Assembly (NCBI RefSeq): GCF_018977255.1
Contig: NW_024704746.1
Span: forward strand, 43,648,001-43,712,000
From: Callorhinchus milii
Lineage: Eukaryota
Direction of reading: 5' to 3'
Length of the DNA stretch: 64,000 bases
Shown here piece by piece: positions 25,569 to 38,397 of this stretch. Every line of letters begins with the position of its first letter. Within the stretch, counting starts at the first letter, position 1. Below the pieces are notes generated by a model that searched no databases, was not told where the DNA came from, and was given only the letters and a program-made list of their open reading frames with translations. A program made the translations under genes and the position numbers.

Positions 25569-25899
25569 GTGGAGTCCTGTAGCTCGTGGAGTCCTGTAGC
25601 TCAGTGGTTAGAGCACTTGCCTCACAAGCGAGAGACATGGGTTTGATTCCCGGCAGGGTGAAACCTTGGGCAAGTTTCCTTACTCCACACGCCTGATGAT
25701 AATGCCTTAAGAAAAAAACAATAATAAATTGGTCACTTCATTCCACAACTGTTTGTGGACACTGCTGTGCGCAATTGGCTGCTGCGTTTCGTCCACAAAT
25801 ATACAGTCAATTCACTTTACAGTATATTCTGTGAAGCGCTTTGAGACATCGAGAAGATGTGAAAAGCCCTATATCAAATGCAAGTATTATTATTATTAT
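25569..25899 (+). mobile_element. Full-length family A SINE (short variant) with duplicated 17-nt head
   Basis: gtggagtcctgtagctc occurs twice, followed by the full body and (ATT)n. Confidence 0.9.
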
Positions 25900-25924
25900 A
25901 GTCCCTCAACACCTCAATCATGTA

Positions 25925-26265
25925 GAGCTCAAAGGATCTATAACAAATGCCTTCAAATCAGAACTAAGACAGTTATAACTAGGAAGCATTTCTTCACGCA
26001 GAGGGTTATGAAGAGATGTGGAATCCCTCCTATCCCTCAAAAATGTAGAGGCAGAATCAGGAAAGACAGGAAGAGACTTGGGTAGCAGAAGTATTGATGG
26101 GTATGGTGGAAGGACTGTGTATGGGACACCGCTGTGTGCAAATTGACTGCCGCATTCGTCAACTAAGATACATAGTCACTACATTTCACTGTAAATCCTG
26201 TAAAAGGCTTTGAGATGTCGTCCTGATGTGAAGGGTGCTCTGGCAAATGCAAGGATGATTATTAT
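25925..26265 (+). mobile_element. CR1 3' fragment followed by a DeuSINE tail
   Basis: RKHFFTQRVM CR1 motif; then gctgtgtgcaaattgactgccgc..aaatgcaaggatgattatt. Confidence 0.7.
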
Positions 26266-27679
26266 TCCTGATGATGTATGCCACAAAAGTAGACATCTGA
26301 AATCAGGACAATACAATCTGATGTTTCCTCTGCGGCTGAAGCAATTAATTTACAGAATTCACAAAATCCACAGAACAAATCAGCATCTTAAAGGATTAAA
26401 ATTTTGCAGTGCACATGCAAAAAATCACTTTAAGAATGGTGCAGCGTATAATATTATGCTTCATCGGAATAGTATTTATAGTGCTTGGCAGATATAAGGG
26501 ATGCAACAAAACCGAAGAGAAAGGTTAGTTAAAAGAATGTAAGGGGATTCATCACCCATTTTAATGGAATGTTTGCCCTGAGTCACTTACATTGGGATCC
26601 CATTGAACTATAGTCTCATCTGAAGAGTAAAAATAATGCATAAATTGAGAAAAAAAATAGAGATTCTAAATTGTTGTTATCTATCATTCTGCTCCAAGAA
26701 AATGCCCACATAGAGTGCGAAAGAGAACTTGATAGATTTTGCTGCACAACAATCAAGTCATCATTTGCACTTTCCACCTATTGGTAGGTGAAGGCAAACA
26801 AAGGGTTGACTGATCAACCATTGCTCTCACCCTGCCTGTCGCAACGTTTCACACAGAAAAAAAACATTTCCGCACCGATCAATATTTATTCCATTTCAAT
26901 GATCAACTGTGCTGGAAGACTGAAGCTGACACTTTCAGCACATCTGCATATTGCCATGACAGCCGCTCCACACACAAGCTGCAGAGTGGGTCACACTCAT
27001 CAGTGAGACACCATAGCAGAGTGGCCAGGCTGGGAGTTCAGGACAAGCTGTGTGTGAATGCGATGAGGAAACTGGTTTTGCATTTGCCTTACCTTCTCCA
27101 ATACATCCCTGAACAAATTGTGTGACAAATTGCCTATGGAGCCTGTGCATGTGAATATGTACAGAAATGATGAAACAATTAGTGTCATCAACGCAGTTTT
27201 AAGACAGCCATACCTTCCACTCCAGTTCAGATCTTGTGACTGAATTATTATTGTTTGCCTACTGTCACCCTCGTCTGTCAAGGCACCTGCTGCCAACAAA
27301 AAGAGAAATCTCACTGTAAAGCCGGTTCCCACACAGCGTAGCGTGGCACAGTACAGCTCCTGATAAGATGTTTCAGGTCATCATCTGACCTCTCAGACAG
27401 ATTATCTTGCAATGCTTTCAGCTGTTGCTCTGTACATCTTACTGGCTGTGAACTCAATCATAGAAAGTGAATGCCAAGACACCAATAAAATGATGAATCA
27501 GGTGGGGGTGGGGGGAAGAAAGGAGTTAATGGTTTATAAAATGTTTGATTTTTCAACAATATAGCAGGTTTGTGAAAGTGGTGGTGGTTGGGAATGACAA
27601 TTTACGGGGTGGGGTCAGAAACACTCACTTCAGATAGGTTAAACTGCAATGGTTTTTCACATAAAATAAATGACTGAAG

Positions 27680-27915
27680 CAATTTACTGTGAAGTCCAGT
27701 TACTGTGTATTTTGAAGGCAAACCCAGCAGCCAATTTACCCATAACACTGTAACATAAACAGTCGTGAAGTGAATGAACAATGTTATCTCGATTATTAGC
27801 CAGGACCCCGGGAGAGAACTCTCTTCTATTTTTCAAAAGTGACATAGGCTCTATAATACTTCAACCCACAATCTTCTGACTATAATCGAGGGTACTACCA
27901 ATTGAGCCAGATTCA
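27680..27915 (-). mobile_element. SacSINE1-like DeuSINE
   Basis: cagcagccaattt..gccaggaccccgggagagaactc..ctaccaattgagcc. Confidence 0.7.
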
Positions 27916-28337
27916 CAGTTGATTATGTCAGAAGATAGGATAACTACCTTCACAAGTAGGTCAGATCTTAATAAATGTATCACCATTTCACAGGCAATAA
28001 TAGTTAAAGTCACATGAGCAGAGATAACGTGCGTGCAAAAGCCTGCCCTTTCTGTGACCTACCACTGGATTGAATCTTTGCAAGATATATTGCAGTGTTA
28101 TCTAAAATATATGACCATTCACCTTATCAAAAATTAATAGCAACCTCAATCAGTTTCCCATTGAAATATGCCACTCGGAGAGCTGTAAGGTCGAGGGATA
28201 GGAATGGTGAGGATGGAAGTCTTCTGCTCAAAGACTCACTTCTGCACTCAGTGTGATAGCAGTTAAAAGCATTTGAGAACTGTATTCAACAGTAACTGGA
28301 TATCTTCCAAGCCTAATTCTTCCAACCACCATTCTTC

Positions 28338-28395
28338 GGTGGGGGAGGAGTATATCTTATACATGGGGGTGGGGGAGGAGGATATCTTATACATG
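28338..28395. repeat. 30-bp tandem duplication
   Basis: ggtgggggaggag(t/g)atatcttatacatg occurs twice. Confidence 0.9.
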
Positions 28396-29074
28396 TACCT
28401 CCAGAAATTCAGATGAGATTCAATAGAATCTTAAAACTTAATTTGTTGGATTGAGGGGGCATTTCTCAGACATTGCAGATTGCTACAAGTTTAAAAATTG
28501 ATGAATTGCTGGCAACAGCGATTCTTTTTGGCAGTTATCCAGTGGGTAGAGGGTTATCATTCCAAACGTCCAGCATTAGTGTTATTGTCAGTATGGATTA
28601 ATTGAACACAATAAGTATAATTTGAAGAAGGAGGATGTGTTTCCTGCGTATAGTGTGTATGCACAGCAGACAGGAAGTGCCGTCACAGTACCCTCCCAAT
28701 TCAAATCTTGGCCATCTTTTTGCTCCTCTATTGTAACTCAGTCGATGAGACGTTGGGCGCAGCTGACTGCACTATAATGATATTTCGCCTGTCTTAGCAT
28801 CTTCTGAGATATTTGTTATGCAGACTGATTTGTTCGTGGATAATTAATGAGACAATCTACCACTTAAAAAAGGTTCAAAGTCACCTCAGATCAGTGAAGC
28901 ACAACTAAACTGAAAGAAATCTGTACAACTAAGTGAGTGAAACAGTTTGCTCCCCCACGGAGAATGCATTGTCAGAGAAGTGAATGGAGAAATATCTGCA
29001 CACAGATCAAATTTTGCCTTGTATGAAATTTCTTCCGATCTGTACATTGTTTAAATGATGTAACCTGGACTGTT

Positions 29075-29350
29075 AAATAATAATCTATAATTCTTGTATT
29101 TTGATTATCACGTTTTGAGATGTTTCAAAGTACTTCACAGGATATACTGTAAAGACTGTATTTTGTGGCAGCAAATTGTGCATAGCAATGTTCCACAAAT
29201 AGCCATGGAGTGAATGACCAATTTTATTTTGGGCTATTGTTGACCAGGACACCAGGAGAAACTCCCTTTCTGTTTTCGAATTGTGCCATGGGATCATCAA
29301 CATCCATCTGAACAGGCAGATGGGACTTTGGTTGAATGTCTCTTCTGAAA
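29075..29350 (-). mobile_element. SacSINE1-like DeuSINE
   Basis: ccaggacaccaggagaaactccc..gtgccatgggatc..aacaggcaga. Confidence 0.8.
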
Positions 29351-30179
29351 CACAGATAAATAACCCAACATTATACATTGCACATGGAGGGATTAATAAT
29401 AATAGAGGAAGATTTTTGACTCCCAAGTGCTCTGTGGTAATATTACAAGATGTAAAAGAGAGTGACAAGATGTAAAGGAAAGCAACAATGTAATAAAGCT
29501 AGAAAATAAGGATATGATGGGTTTTCGCACAAGCTAATTATGATTGAAAATCTCTGTGAGAACAGCAGTGAATAAATAGCAAAGTGCTAGCAGCAGGTGT
29601 TTTATCACCCATTGAGCTTATGTGGAGCACAAGAAATGTCATTTGCTTAAAAGGCTAGCACCATGGTAACAATTCTGATCTTCAATCACATAATTTGAAT
29701 TTTCTTAGTAAAAGGCAAATATGATTCTCCAGGACTTTCACGTATTTTCTTGTGTGTTTTAAAGAGTGGGGGAAATTAACGTAGGATTCTTCTAATTCCA
29801 GGAACGAGTTTGAGGGTTTTTTGTTTCCTGGATGTCTCTGCTATGCTCCTGCTTCAGCATACAACAACAACTTGCATTTGTATAGCACCCTTCATGTGGG
29901 GTAATGTCTTTGAGGGCTATATAATTGTAAAATACCCCTATGTGAAAAGTATTATATAAATGTAATTTATTTTGACACCTGTCACAATCTTCAATGTTGT
30001 TTCTGTTGTGTCTCTCTACGCTTCTATCTTCTGCTTCAGATGTGGAGCCTTGCACTTTTCTGTCTGTCTTCTCCCACCCCTTGGTGTCTGACTCCCTTGT
30101 CTCTCACCTGGGGTCACCAAGCCTGACAGACCGTTGCTACTTCCCTGATACCAGACTGACAACTGCAGATTTTGAGAAG

Positions 30180-30528
30180 CGCTGCAGTGAGCAGAAGCAT
30201 TGCGGGATCTCATATGTCTCTCGTTACCAAGGAAACACTGCTGTGTTTTGCTAGTTTTTGTGTATGTTCCCTCCCTCCCCTACTTCTCTCTCTCACTCTC
30301 TCTCTCTCTCTCAGACCAGTTTCCATTCTTCTTATGGTTCCCTGTCGTCTGCGTTTAAATCTTGTCTGATTATCTACCTTTTTGATTGCACTTTGTCCTC
30401 CCCGCGAATACCCATTCACATACACAAAGGACTGTGCTGGGTTGAAGCTTCAGCTCAGCATAGGCTCCTGCAGTCTTAAAAAAGCACTTTGAGACATTCT
30501 CCCAAACTGAACAGGGAGCTACATAAGG
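30180..30528 (+). promoter_or_regulatory. Candidate promoter / non-coding first exon
   Basis: X-box-like GTTACCAAGGAAAC (30223-30236), (TC)n leader, several CpGs, donor AGG|GTAAAG at 30529, in a multi-kb TE-poor zone. Confidence 0.45.
30283..30312. repeat. (TC)n microsatellite
   Basis: ttctctctctcactctctctctctctctc. Confidence 0.9.
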
Positions 30529-32051
30529 GTAAAGTTGTCGTCGCTGTTGATGTTATTTTGATTGAAATTGGGTGTGGACCTGTGGGAGGGGGAGATGGAA
30601 ATTTGAAGTGCTGTACAGATAATAATTTATTTTTTGATCAGTTGAATAAAATAAAAGGAAGCATGCAAGTCTTGAAATCCAACGAGCAGGAAATCTAACG
30701 AAATGAAAATTGAGCTGAAAACCGAATGTATCATGAGCCCTTAAGAAACTATCAGCCGTATAAAACCAGTAAACAACACTTCGATTGTTGGTGAACTGTG
30801 TGTCACTGTGCAGAGAATGAAGAACTCGCGCTATTCACTGCCATTCAAAGATTGCAAATGACCTAATGAATCACAAGATCAAAGCTTGTCTGTCTTCCCT
30901 GTTATCTGCATCCTGAGATACCATTACTGCTTGCCAATTGCTCTCGTGCAACAGATATTTATCTTACAGATGTTGTGAGGTTTGTACAGGTGGTTCAGTG
31001 TTCGTGTTATATCTGCCCCTCTCCCCCTTTTGCCTCACCAAAGAGTCTGGTCGATACTGCCAGCCAGTGAACTCTACGTGCTTGAGGAGGAAATATTCAT
31101 TAATGTGAAGTTATTTTCAGTAATTACTGGAGAGTAAATCACTGTAGATTAGTTCACAATTTTCCATTTCTCAATTTGTTCTATTGAAAGACACCATCCA
31201 AGGACAATGGTGGTTTTGTCCTCATTTTGTTATTCTGGTCCCTACCCTTCTCCACAGAAAAAAAGCTCTGCACAACAGAGCGGATTTACCTGGTGTTGTG
31301 TGGATTGAATGTGAATCGTACGCAATTCACGTGGCTGCGTGCAGGTACCACAGCGACAGAATGCGCTCATTCCACATTTGCAAAATACTTGATGAATTAT
31401 TTTAGCATTCATTTATTAAACAAACACATCCCTTAAATTGATAGAATTACGCCAAGCATATGTTGACCATTTACAACCTTGTGGATGAAACTTTTTCATC
31501 ATATGAAAGATATTGCATATCAGAAAATAATCCCTACCTGTACTCATGTCCTGAATTTTTCTGAGTGCGTTCTTGCTGTCTTTTCCAAGATTTGAACGAA
31601 ATGAAATATCAAGAGGTCCATTCATATGGTTTTTAAAAAAACTCTTCAACTGCAAAAAAAACTTTTGAATAAAGAATTGCTTTCCTTTCTCAGAGCACGT
31701 TTGACACAAATTGCAAAATCCATGCATATTGATGGCTCACAATGCTAATTAATGTCCATTGTGTATTTGGCTTCAATCAGAAAACATAAATGGAAAGTAA
31801 AATGAAAGGTACTGTGCATCACAAAGGTTGCAGTTTGTTAACTATTGGTGCGTTATCAAGATTTTATGGAAGACTTATTTCTCTCCATTACAACCATTTC
31901 CTGATTTCCGAAAAACCCATTTGAATTTGTTTATTAATAATTTGCTCTCTCATATTGGTGCATTGGCTATAGTTAACCTCAGTCAATAAATCCGCTGCAA
32001 GTGGAAGCAGAATGACACCGACTCATACAAATGCACTGGGATTCTTTTGAA

Positions 32052-32108
32052 TATATGTATGTATGTAAGTGTGCATGTGTATGTATGTAAGTGTATGTGA
32101 ATGTATGT
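32052..32108. repeat. Degenerate (TGTA)n microsatellite
   Basis: atgtatgtatgtaagtgtgcatgtgtatgtatgtaagtg. Confidence 0.8.
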
Positions 32109-32110
32109 CA

Positions 32111-32245
32111 GGGAGCAGAGTGGAGGAAGGAGCTGTCAGGACACTAGTGCAGCTGGGAATTAAATATCTTTCATACAAATAAATAATTTTATCCACAAAG
32201 TTGGAAACAGTCAACATATGCTTGGCGGAGTGCTATTGATTTAAG
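32111..32245 (+). other. Candidate non-coding 5' exon
   Basis: Strong donor AAG|GTATGT at 32246; the 5' boundary is uncertain (follows a TGTA microsatellite). Confidence 0.35.
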
Positions 32246-33019
32246 GTATGTGTTTGTTTTGTGCTAAAATAATTCATCAAGTATTTTCAAATGCGGGATG
32301 AGTGCATTCTGTCACTGTAGTATCTGTGTTCATCCAAATGAATTGCATACACTTCACATTCAAACCACACATCACCAGGCAATTTTGTGACAATGTATTG
32401 TTGTGACCTTTGGAGCTTGTGAATTGCTTGTCCATAAATCTACAACATGGAACATTAAACTTTAAGCATTTGCAGTGCAGAATGTAAATGCTGCTGGGTA
32501 ATTTGTGCCGCTGTTGTGATCAGGCATTGCTTTGATTGATGATTAACTGTACTGAGATAATTTTTGACCATTTGACTTCTTCAGGAATAAATCCCTTCAG
32601 CTGCAAAACATCTGCACAGGAAAGGTCATACAGTTGAAGAATAAATAATTGGAAAGAAGGTTAGGAAACATGACTGGGATGAGGTTTTCATTTTGATGTT
32701 AAATCATGTTTTATAGCTATAGAAATGTTTACAGTCCAGTTTGCTTCGCAAGATATAGTGTAAATGTAGGACTGTGTGTATTTTGTAGATTTATGCAGCA
32801 GCCAGTTTTGCGCACAGCATCATCCCAGTAACAGTGGGACACCAGGAGAAATTCATTTCTCTTTTGAACATTGCTATGGGATCTTCAACGTCATCGAGGG
32901 CAGGCAGACAGGAAATTGGTTTAACATTTCACCCTAAGGACAGCACTTCCGAAAGTGAAGCACATCCCCATTGCATTGTCAACTTGGTGAGTTGCATATC
33001 CCATTGTGGGGCTTGAATC

Positions 33020-33996
33020 AACAACAACAAGATTTCATTTATAAAGCGCCTTTCATGTCGGGAGGACGTCCCAAGGCGCTTGACAGTTGGGTCGGGACCC
33101 GAGCAGGGTGCAAATGGTAAGGGGGAGGGAAGGGAGGGAGCGAGGAGGGGGTAGAGAGTTGAGAGGGGAGCTGAAGGCACGGTCGAAGAAAAAGGTCTTG
33201 AGACCGGCCTTGAAGGAGGAAAGGGAGGAAGCAAGGCGAAGGCACTGGGGGATGGAGTTCCAGAGCCCAGGGGCTGAGAGTCATTCAGAACTCTGCAGCT
33301 CGTGTACTGTCCCGCACCAGGCTTCGGGACCACATCACTCCCACCCTCGCTCGCCTCCACTGGCTCCCCATCCCCCAGAGGATTGATTTCAAGATCCTCA
33401 TCCTCACCTACAAGGCCATTCACGGCCTTGCTCCCTCCTACCTCTCCAACCTACTATCCCCTTACCTACCTGTCCGTACCCTCCGTTCCTCTGGCTCCGG
33501 TCTGCTCCACGTCCCCCGCCCCAACCGCCCTACCATCGGTGGTCGGGCCTTCAGCCTCTCAGCCCCGAGGCTCTGGAACTCCATCCCCCAGTGCCTTCGC
33601 CTTGCTTCCTCCCTTTCCTCCTTCAAGGCCGGTCTCAAAACCTTTCTCTTTGACCGTGCCTTCAGCTCCCCTCTCGACTCTCTTCCCCCTCCTCGCTCCC
33701 TCCCTTCCTTCCCCTCACCCTGACCATTTCCCCCCTCCTCGCTCCCTCCCTTCCCTCACCCTGACCATATCCCCCCTGCTCGGGTCATGACCCAACTGTG
33801 CAGCGCCTTGGGACGTCCTCCTGACGTGAAAGGCGCTTTATAAATGGAATCTTGTTGTTGTTGTTGTTGTTGAGAGGCTGAAGGCCCGGTCACTGATGGT
33901 AGGGCGGTTGGGGCGGGGGATGTGGAGCAGACCGGAGCCAGAGGAATGGAGGGTACGGACAGGTAAGTAGGGGGATAGTAGGTCGGAGAGGTCGGA
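33020..33996 (-). mobile_element. Young L2 3' end (outer copy), split at 33280/33871
   Basis: (CAA)n tail at 33020; the sequence is continuous across the inner insert; flanked by GAATC repeats. Confidence 0.9.
33281..33870 (+). mobile_element. Young L2 3' end (inner copy)
   Basis: IQNSAARVLSRTRLRDHITPTLARLHWLPIPQRIDFKILILTYKAIHGLAP; (TTG)n tail; flanked by TGAGAG repeats. Confidence 0.92.
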
Positions 33997-35234
33997 GAAT
34001 CCACAAGCTTCTCAGAGGTGAGAGTGTTACCAACTGAGCCAGCCTGACACACAATAATATATTGAAATGAATTGGGCTGCTAGTCTTTCTCAGTGACTTG
34101 TTTCCCTCCCACCACCTCTCCTTCATTTGGTGACTTACAAATACTGAAGTCAGACAATATGTTGCCCAAGTAAAAGAAATGTAACTGGTAAAAGAAAGGA
34201 AGGGTTTTGTTTGCCTCATATAGAGACTTGAGCAAAATAAATTTCCTGGACTAATTGTTCTGGACGGTCATGTTTCCATAGGTGATCCAAAGTGCTTTTG
34301 TTTCCACTTCCAATTCCACTGTCAGTCATGCTCCTGCTATCTGTTTCCTCACCTATCCCTGTAATCTATTCTTCTTTTCAATTGAAAGCACAATTTCAAT
34401 CATAATTTTAAAGATGTTAAATCTTGAAGTGAAGGTCTTGGCTTTTGCATTACTACATTTAAAGACATATTTGTAATGGCATTTTTGGTTCAGAGAAGGA
34501 AGAAAGCAACTTTTCCCAAACAGAGATCCTACTCAGCTGGAGGAGATACCAAGGATATACAACTCCTTCCTTTAGGGCCATCTTAAATCTGCCAAACTCT
34601 GTAATCGACCAAGCTTGTGGAGTTGTCTTAGAAGATTTGACTTATTGCACATCATTTTTAAAATCACCCAGGCATAGTCAGAAAGTGGTTCACTGATGAC
34701 ACAAAGATGAAGGTGAAGATTGCAATCAACCAACAAGATGAGGCCATGGTGTGTCAACTGAGGGGATCTCAAAGAGAGGGGGAAGGTGGTCAAATGTATT
34801 TTTGAAAAAATAGGTTTTAAAGGAGGTTTTGAATGCAGAGAGGAAGTAAAGGTGTTAGTGGGGATGTTATATGTTCATGAAATGAATCATTAAGATTCTT
34901 CTTTCAGAATCTAAGGATCACACAGATTGATGGATGATGCATTGCCTCAGTCTTCTTTGCCCCATCTTCAGGGAGAGGCATCTCAGATATCAGCAGCTGG
35001 CTGAAGAAAGCACTCAGGACCAGAATTCAGGCTTGACCTAATGATGTGCAAGCTGAGGTTGATTGGTGTTTTGGAATTTCTCCAAGGCTTAAGTCTGCTG
35101 TGTAGGCTGGTTTGTCCATCACCGGTTTGTGATCCATGAAGGTTGATCAGTAATTGAAGATTTCATTCAGTCTGGTCTCCATTGGGTCATTGGTCAGTTG
35201 GAGGTTCTTGAAACTATTATTTCTGTTATCCAAG

Positions 35235-35430
35235 GCATCAGGGCTGTACAGGGTAACTTTAGGACAGGCACCAAGAAGTACTTCTTCACATAGAAGCTAA
35301 TCAACAGCTGGATGAAATTTCCTTAACGAGTGGTTGAGACTAGGTCACAAGACTCAATTAGGAAACAGCTTCACAGAATATACTGTAAAGTGAATTGACT
35401 GTATATTTTGTGGGTGAAACGCAGCAGCCA
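35235..35430. mobile_element. CR1 fragment (+) abutting a family A SINE fragment (-)
   Basis: GNFRTGTKKYFFT motif; then cttcacagaatatactgtaaagtgaattgac. Confidence 0.65.
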
Positions 35431-36649
35431 TCTTTGTAGCTTGGAAGCCATTTTCGGCCAAGAACTTAAGAAGTGTAACAGTAACTGAGAATCCTACGGC
35501 AGTGAAGAAATGTGCCAATGTGGCATTTATCCAATTGATGACACATTATCAGTGAACACATGTCTGCACAAGCAAATAGACCACAGATGCTGCTGTTCTT
35601 CAAATGCAAATATTTGTCTCTTTGGTTGTATCAGAATGAATGATGCTTTGTTTACCATATTCCTCTCTATTTTTTCCTGTTGCCTTTCTTTCTGCTGACA
35701 CCAAAACAAATGTGACATTAGACATTGCTGGTACTCAGTGAGTGACCATGGCTTACAAGTGGTATTCAGTCCTATTCAATCATGAGTTATTGCTGCACTT
35801 GTATTATGTTAATATTTGACACAAAGAGTGGCTGATGTCTTGTTCAACTTGCACCATCCCTTGATAACTGGTTAAGTTGGTGTTTTCATCTTTGTATATT
35901 AATTCTTTATGGCTGCGTTCAGTTTCATAAAGTGTGACCGTCCTGTAGTTTCATGGGGTTGGTGCCAGAACAACCATAATGCTGTCAGCACTAAATGGAA
36001 GTAAATGATACAAAAGTTCAAACCGTGAGGTTTCATCCTTTTCAAAAATTTCCCCGATGGCTCAGCAGATGTGTCCAATGAGTCAAAGGTCTCTGATTTT
36101 ATTTCCCTGTCTGTGCTACCCTTGTAAGCCAGCTTGTCTAGCAGTTGTTTTCGATATTACAATTGAGCACAGCAGTTTGGTTTAGTGGGGATCAAATTTA
36201 AGAAGAGGAGAAGGCCATTCGTTCTACTGAGCCCACTCCACAAGCCAACCATTCCATGGTCTTATTCCATACAGCCAAACTATTCCTTCTGTTTAAAGAG
36301 ATTGGTGAGAAATAGGTTGATAGAGGAAATATGACAAGTGGAATCATTCAGCTTGCATCAAATCTGTAAGGAAAGAGCTTGTACAATTTATCTTTTGCTT
36401 GCCGTAAACTTGGGTTTCCTGGAGCTAAATGTTCACCCCACATTTTTTTTCATAACAGATGACTGAGTTGTACTATTGAAACACGGGGTGTAAAGACAAT
36501 GTGGAATGGTCTTTTATTGATATGGTGCTTGAAGCAATATAATATCATTCCCAGCAGCAGTGCACTGTGGAGCAGGAATTTTAATTAGTACTTCTCACTC
36601 TATCGCTGATGCAGGACAGCGCTCTGCTGACTATTCACTGTTACAATTA

Positions 36650-37080
36650 TACATCCGTTCTTTGGATGAGATGTTAAACCCGATGTTCTACCTGCCTCTT
36701 CAGATTAATGATCCTATGATACCATTTAAAAAGAGAAGGGAGTTTCTTCTGGTGTCCTGGCCAACAAGCCTCCAGATTCACTTCATAGCTGTTTGTTGGA
36801 CATTGCTGTGTGCAAATTAGCTGCCTCTTTTGCCTACAAATACACAGTCACTACACTTTGCAGTGCCACACACTCTGAGACATCTCGACGATGTGATAAG
36901 GGCTATATTAAATGCAAGGATTATATTCTATTATACAGGGGGGTCCTGAACAGCTCGAACAGGTTAAAATGGAGGGTGGTGCTGACAGCATGAACAGCTT
37001 CAAGCTACATTCAGAATAATATTCTGGAAGGATGAGATCAAATGGGCGAAAGAATCTTCTTCATCCAAACCTTTTTCCGA
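36650..37080 (+). mobile_element. DeuSINE 3' part followed by a decayed CR1 tail
   Basis: ttggatgagatgttaaacccg..ggtgtcctggccaac..aaatgcaaggattat. Confidence 0.7.
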
Positions 37081-37659
37081 ATTTAGCAGTTGCTTATTTG
37101 TTGAAAGGAATTTGTGTTGAGTCCCTTTCTTATTTAGGTGAGTGGACAGCTTTGAAATTTTCAGTCAAGTTAAATTTCAGCCATTGTCGTACCCACAGGC
37201 CAAGCTTTGTTTATCAAATTGATGCTCTCCAAATATAATCAGATTTTTGTGATTTGTAGCGGTTGCATTGAGTTAAATTACATTATTCTGACAATGGCAA
37301 AATGCCCCGAGGACACAGGATTGCTGTGCATCTCAGAATGCAGGGCTTAGACTAAGTAGCGAGTGAGTAGGAAGGAAATATGATGCCGTTTTTCTCTGTG
37401 AGACAAACTCATCAGCTCATGGTTTATCAGTGCACACCATGCGATGCTGCAGGCTATCATGAAAAAAGTGGGAAGACTTTCTTGCTGCCACCACCAGTTA
37501 TTCACTCCAAAATGACAATCCAAGTGCTGGGATTTTAGAGGAATATATACAAGGCACATCAGAACCTGACGACTGTGTTAGATTCTGATGGGAAGCTTTT
37601 GAATCTGATGCTCCAAGAAAGTTAAATTAGTTTGATTTTAGCATGTACTGAAGCTGATA

Positions 37660-37850
37660 CAACAACAACAAGATTCCATTTATAGAGCGCCTTTCACGTA
37701 CAGTTGGGTTAGGACCCGAGCAGGGGGGAAATGGTCAGGGTGAGGGGAGGGACGGAGCGTGGAGGGGGTAGAGAGGCGAGAGGGGAGCTGAAGGCACGGT
37801 CAAAGAGAAAGGTCTTGAGACCGGCCTTGAAGGAGGAAAGGGAGGAAAGG
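37660..37850 (-). mobile_element. Young L2 3' end
   Basis: (CAA)n gattccatttatagagcgcc..ccggccttgaaggagg. Confidence 0.88.
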
Positions 37851-38004
37851 GTTACTGCTGAGTGCTGGCTACATTAGAAATGACAGTGCTCAGACTGAAC
37901 TGAATGTGTCTCCTATGGCTTGAAAGTGTGTGACATCAGCAAACCTGACTTATGTTAGGATAGAAAATGAAATAAATAATTTTGGAGTAGAAGAATGGAG
38001 TCAA

Positions 38005-38397
38005 ATTAATAATAATGATCCCTGCAATTGATACAATGCCTTTCACTTTGGGATGTTATCTCAAAGTGATTCACAGGATTTTATTATCAAATGCAGTGAT
38101 TGTGTACTTGGTAGGCAAATGCAACAGCCAATTTGCATAGTGACATCCTACAAAACAGCCTTGAAATGACCAATTTTGACTGGCCAGGACATTGGGAGAA
38201 ACTCCCTTCTCTTTTCGAATGGTGCCATGAGATCTTAAATGTCCACCTGAACAGGCAAATAGTACTCATCCAAAGAACTATACCTCTAACAATGCAGGAA
38301 TTCCCCCAGCAATGTATTGGAGTATTAGCTGAGACTATGTAAATTGAATAATTTTCTAACTTAGAGATGAGAGTGTTACCAACTAAGCCAGGGTAAC
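38005..38397 (-). mobile_element. SacSINE1-like DeuSINE, near full length
   Basis: Tail through to the head gagagtgttaccaactaagcc. Confidence 0.8.

Larger units (their letters stand above)
32720..34050 (-). mobile_element. SacSINE1-like DeuSINE split by nested L2 elements
   Basis: Body runs to 33019 and the head resumes at 33997 (..gagagtgttaccaactgagccagcctgacac). Confidence 0.8.

Noticed and set aside
32929-34219. Cluster of Pro/Ser-rich overlapping ORFs
   Set aside because: Off-frame translations of GC-rich L2 copies.
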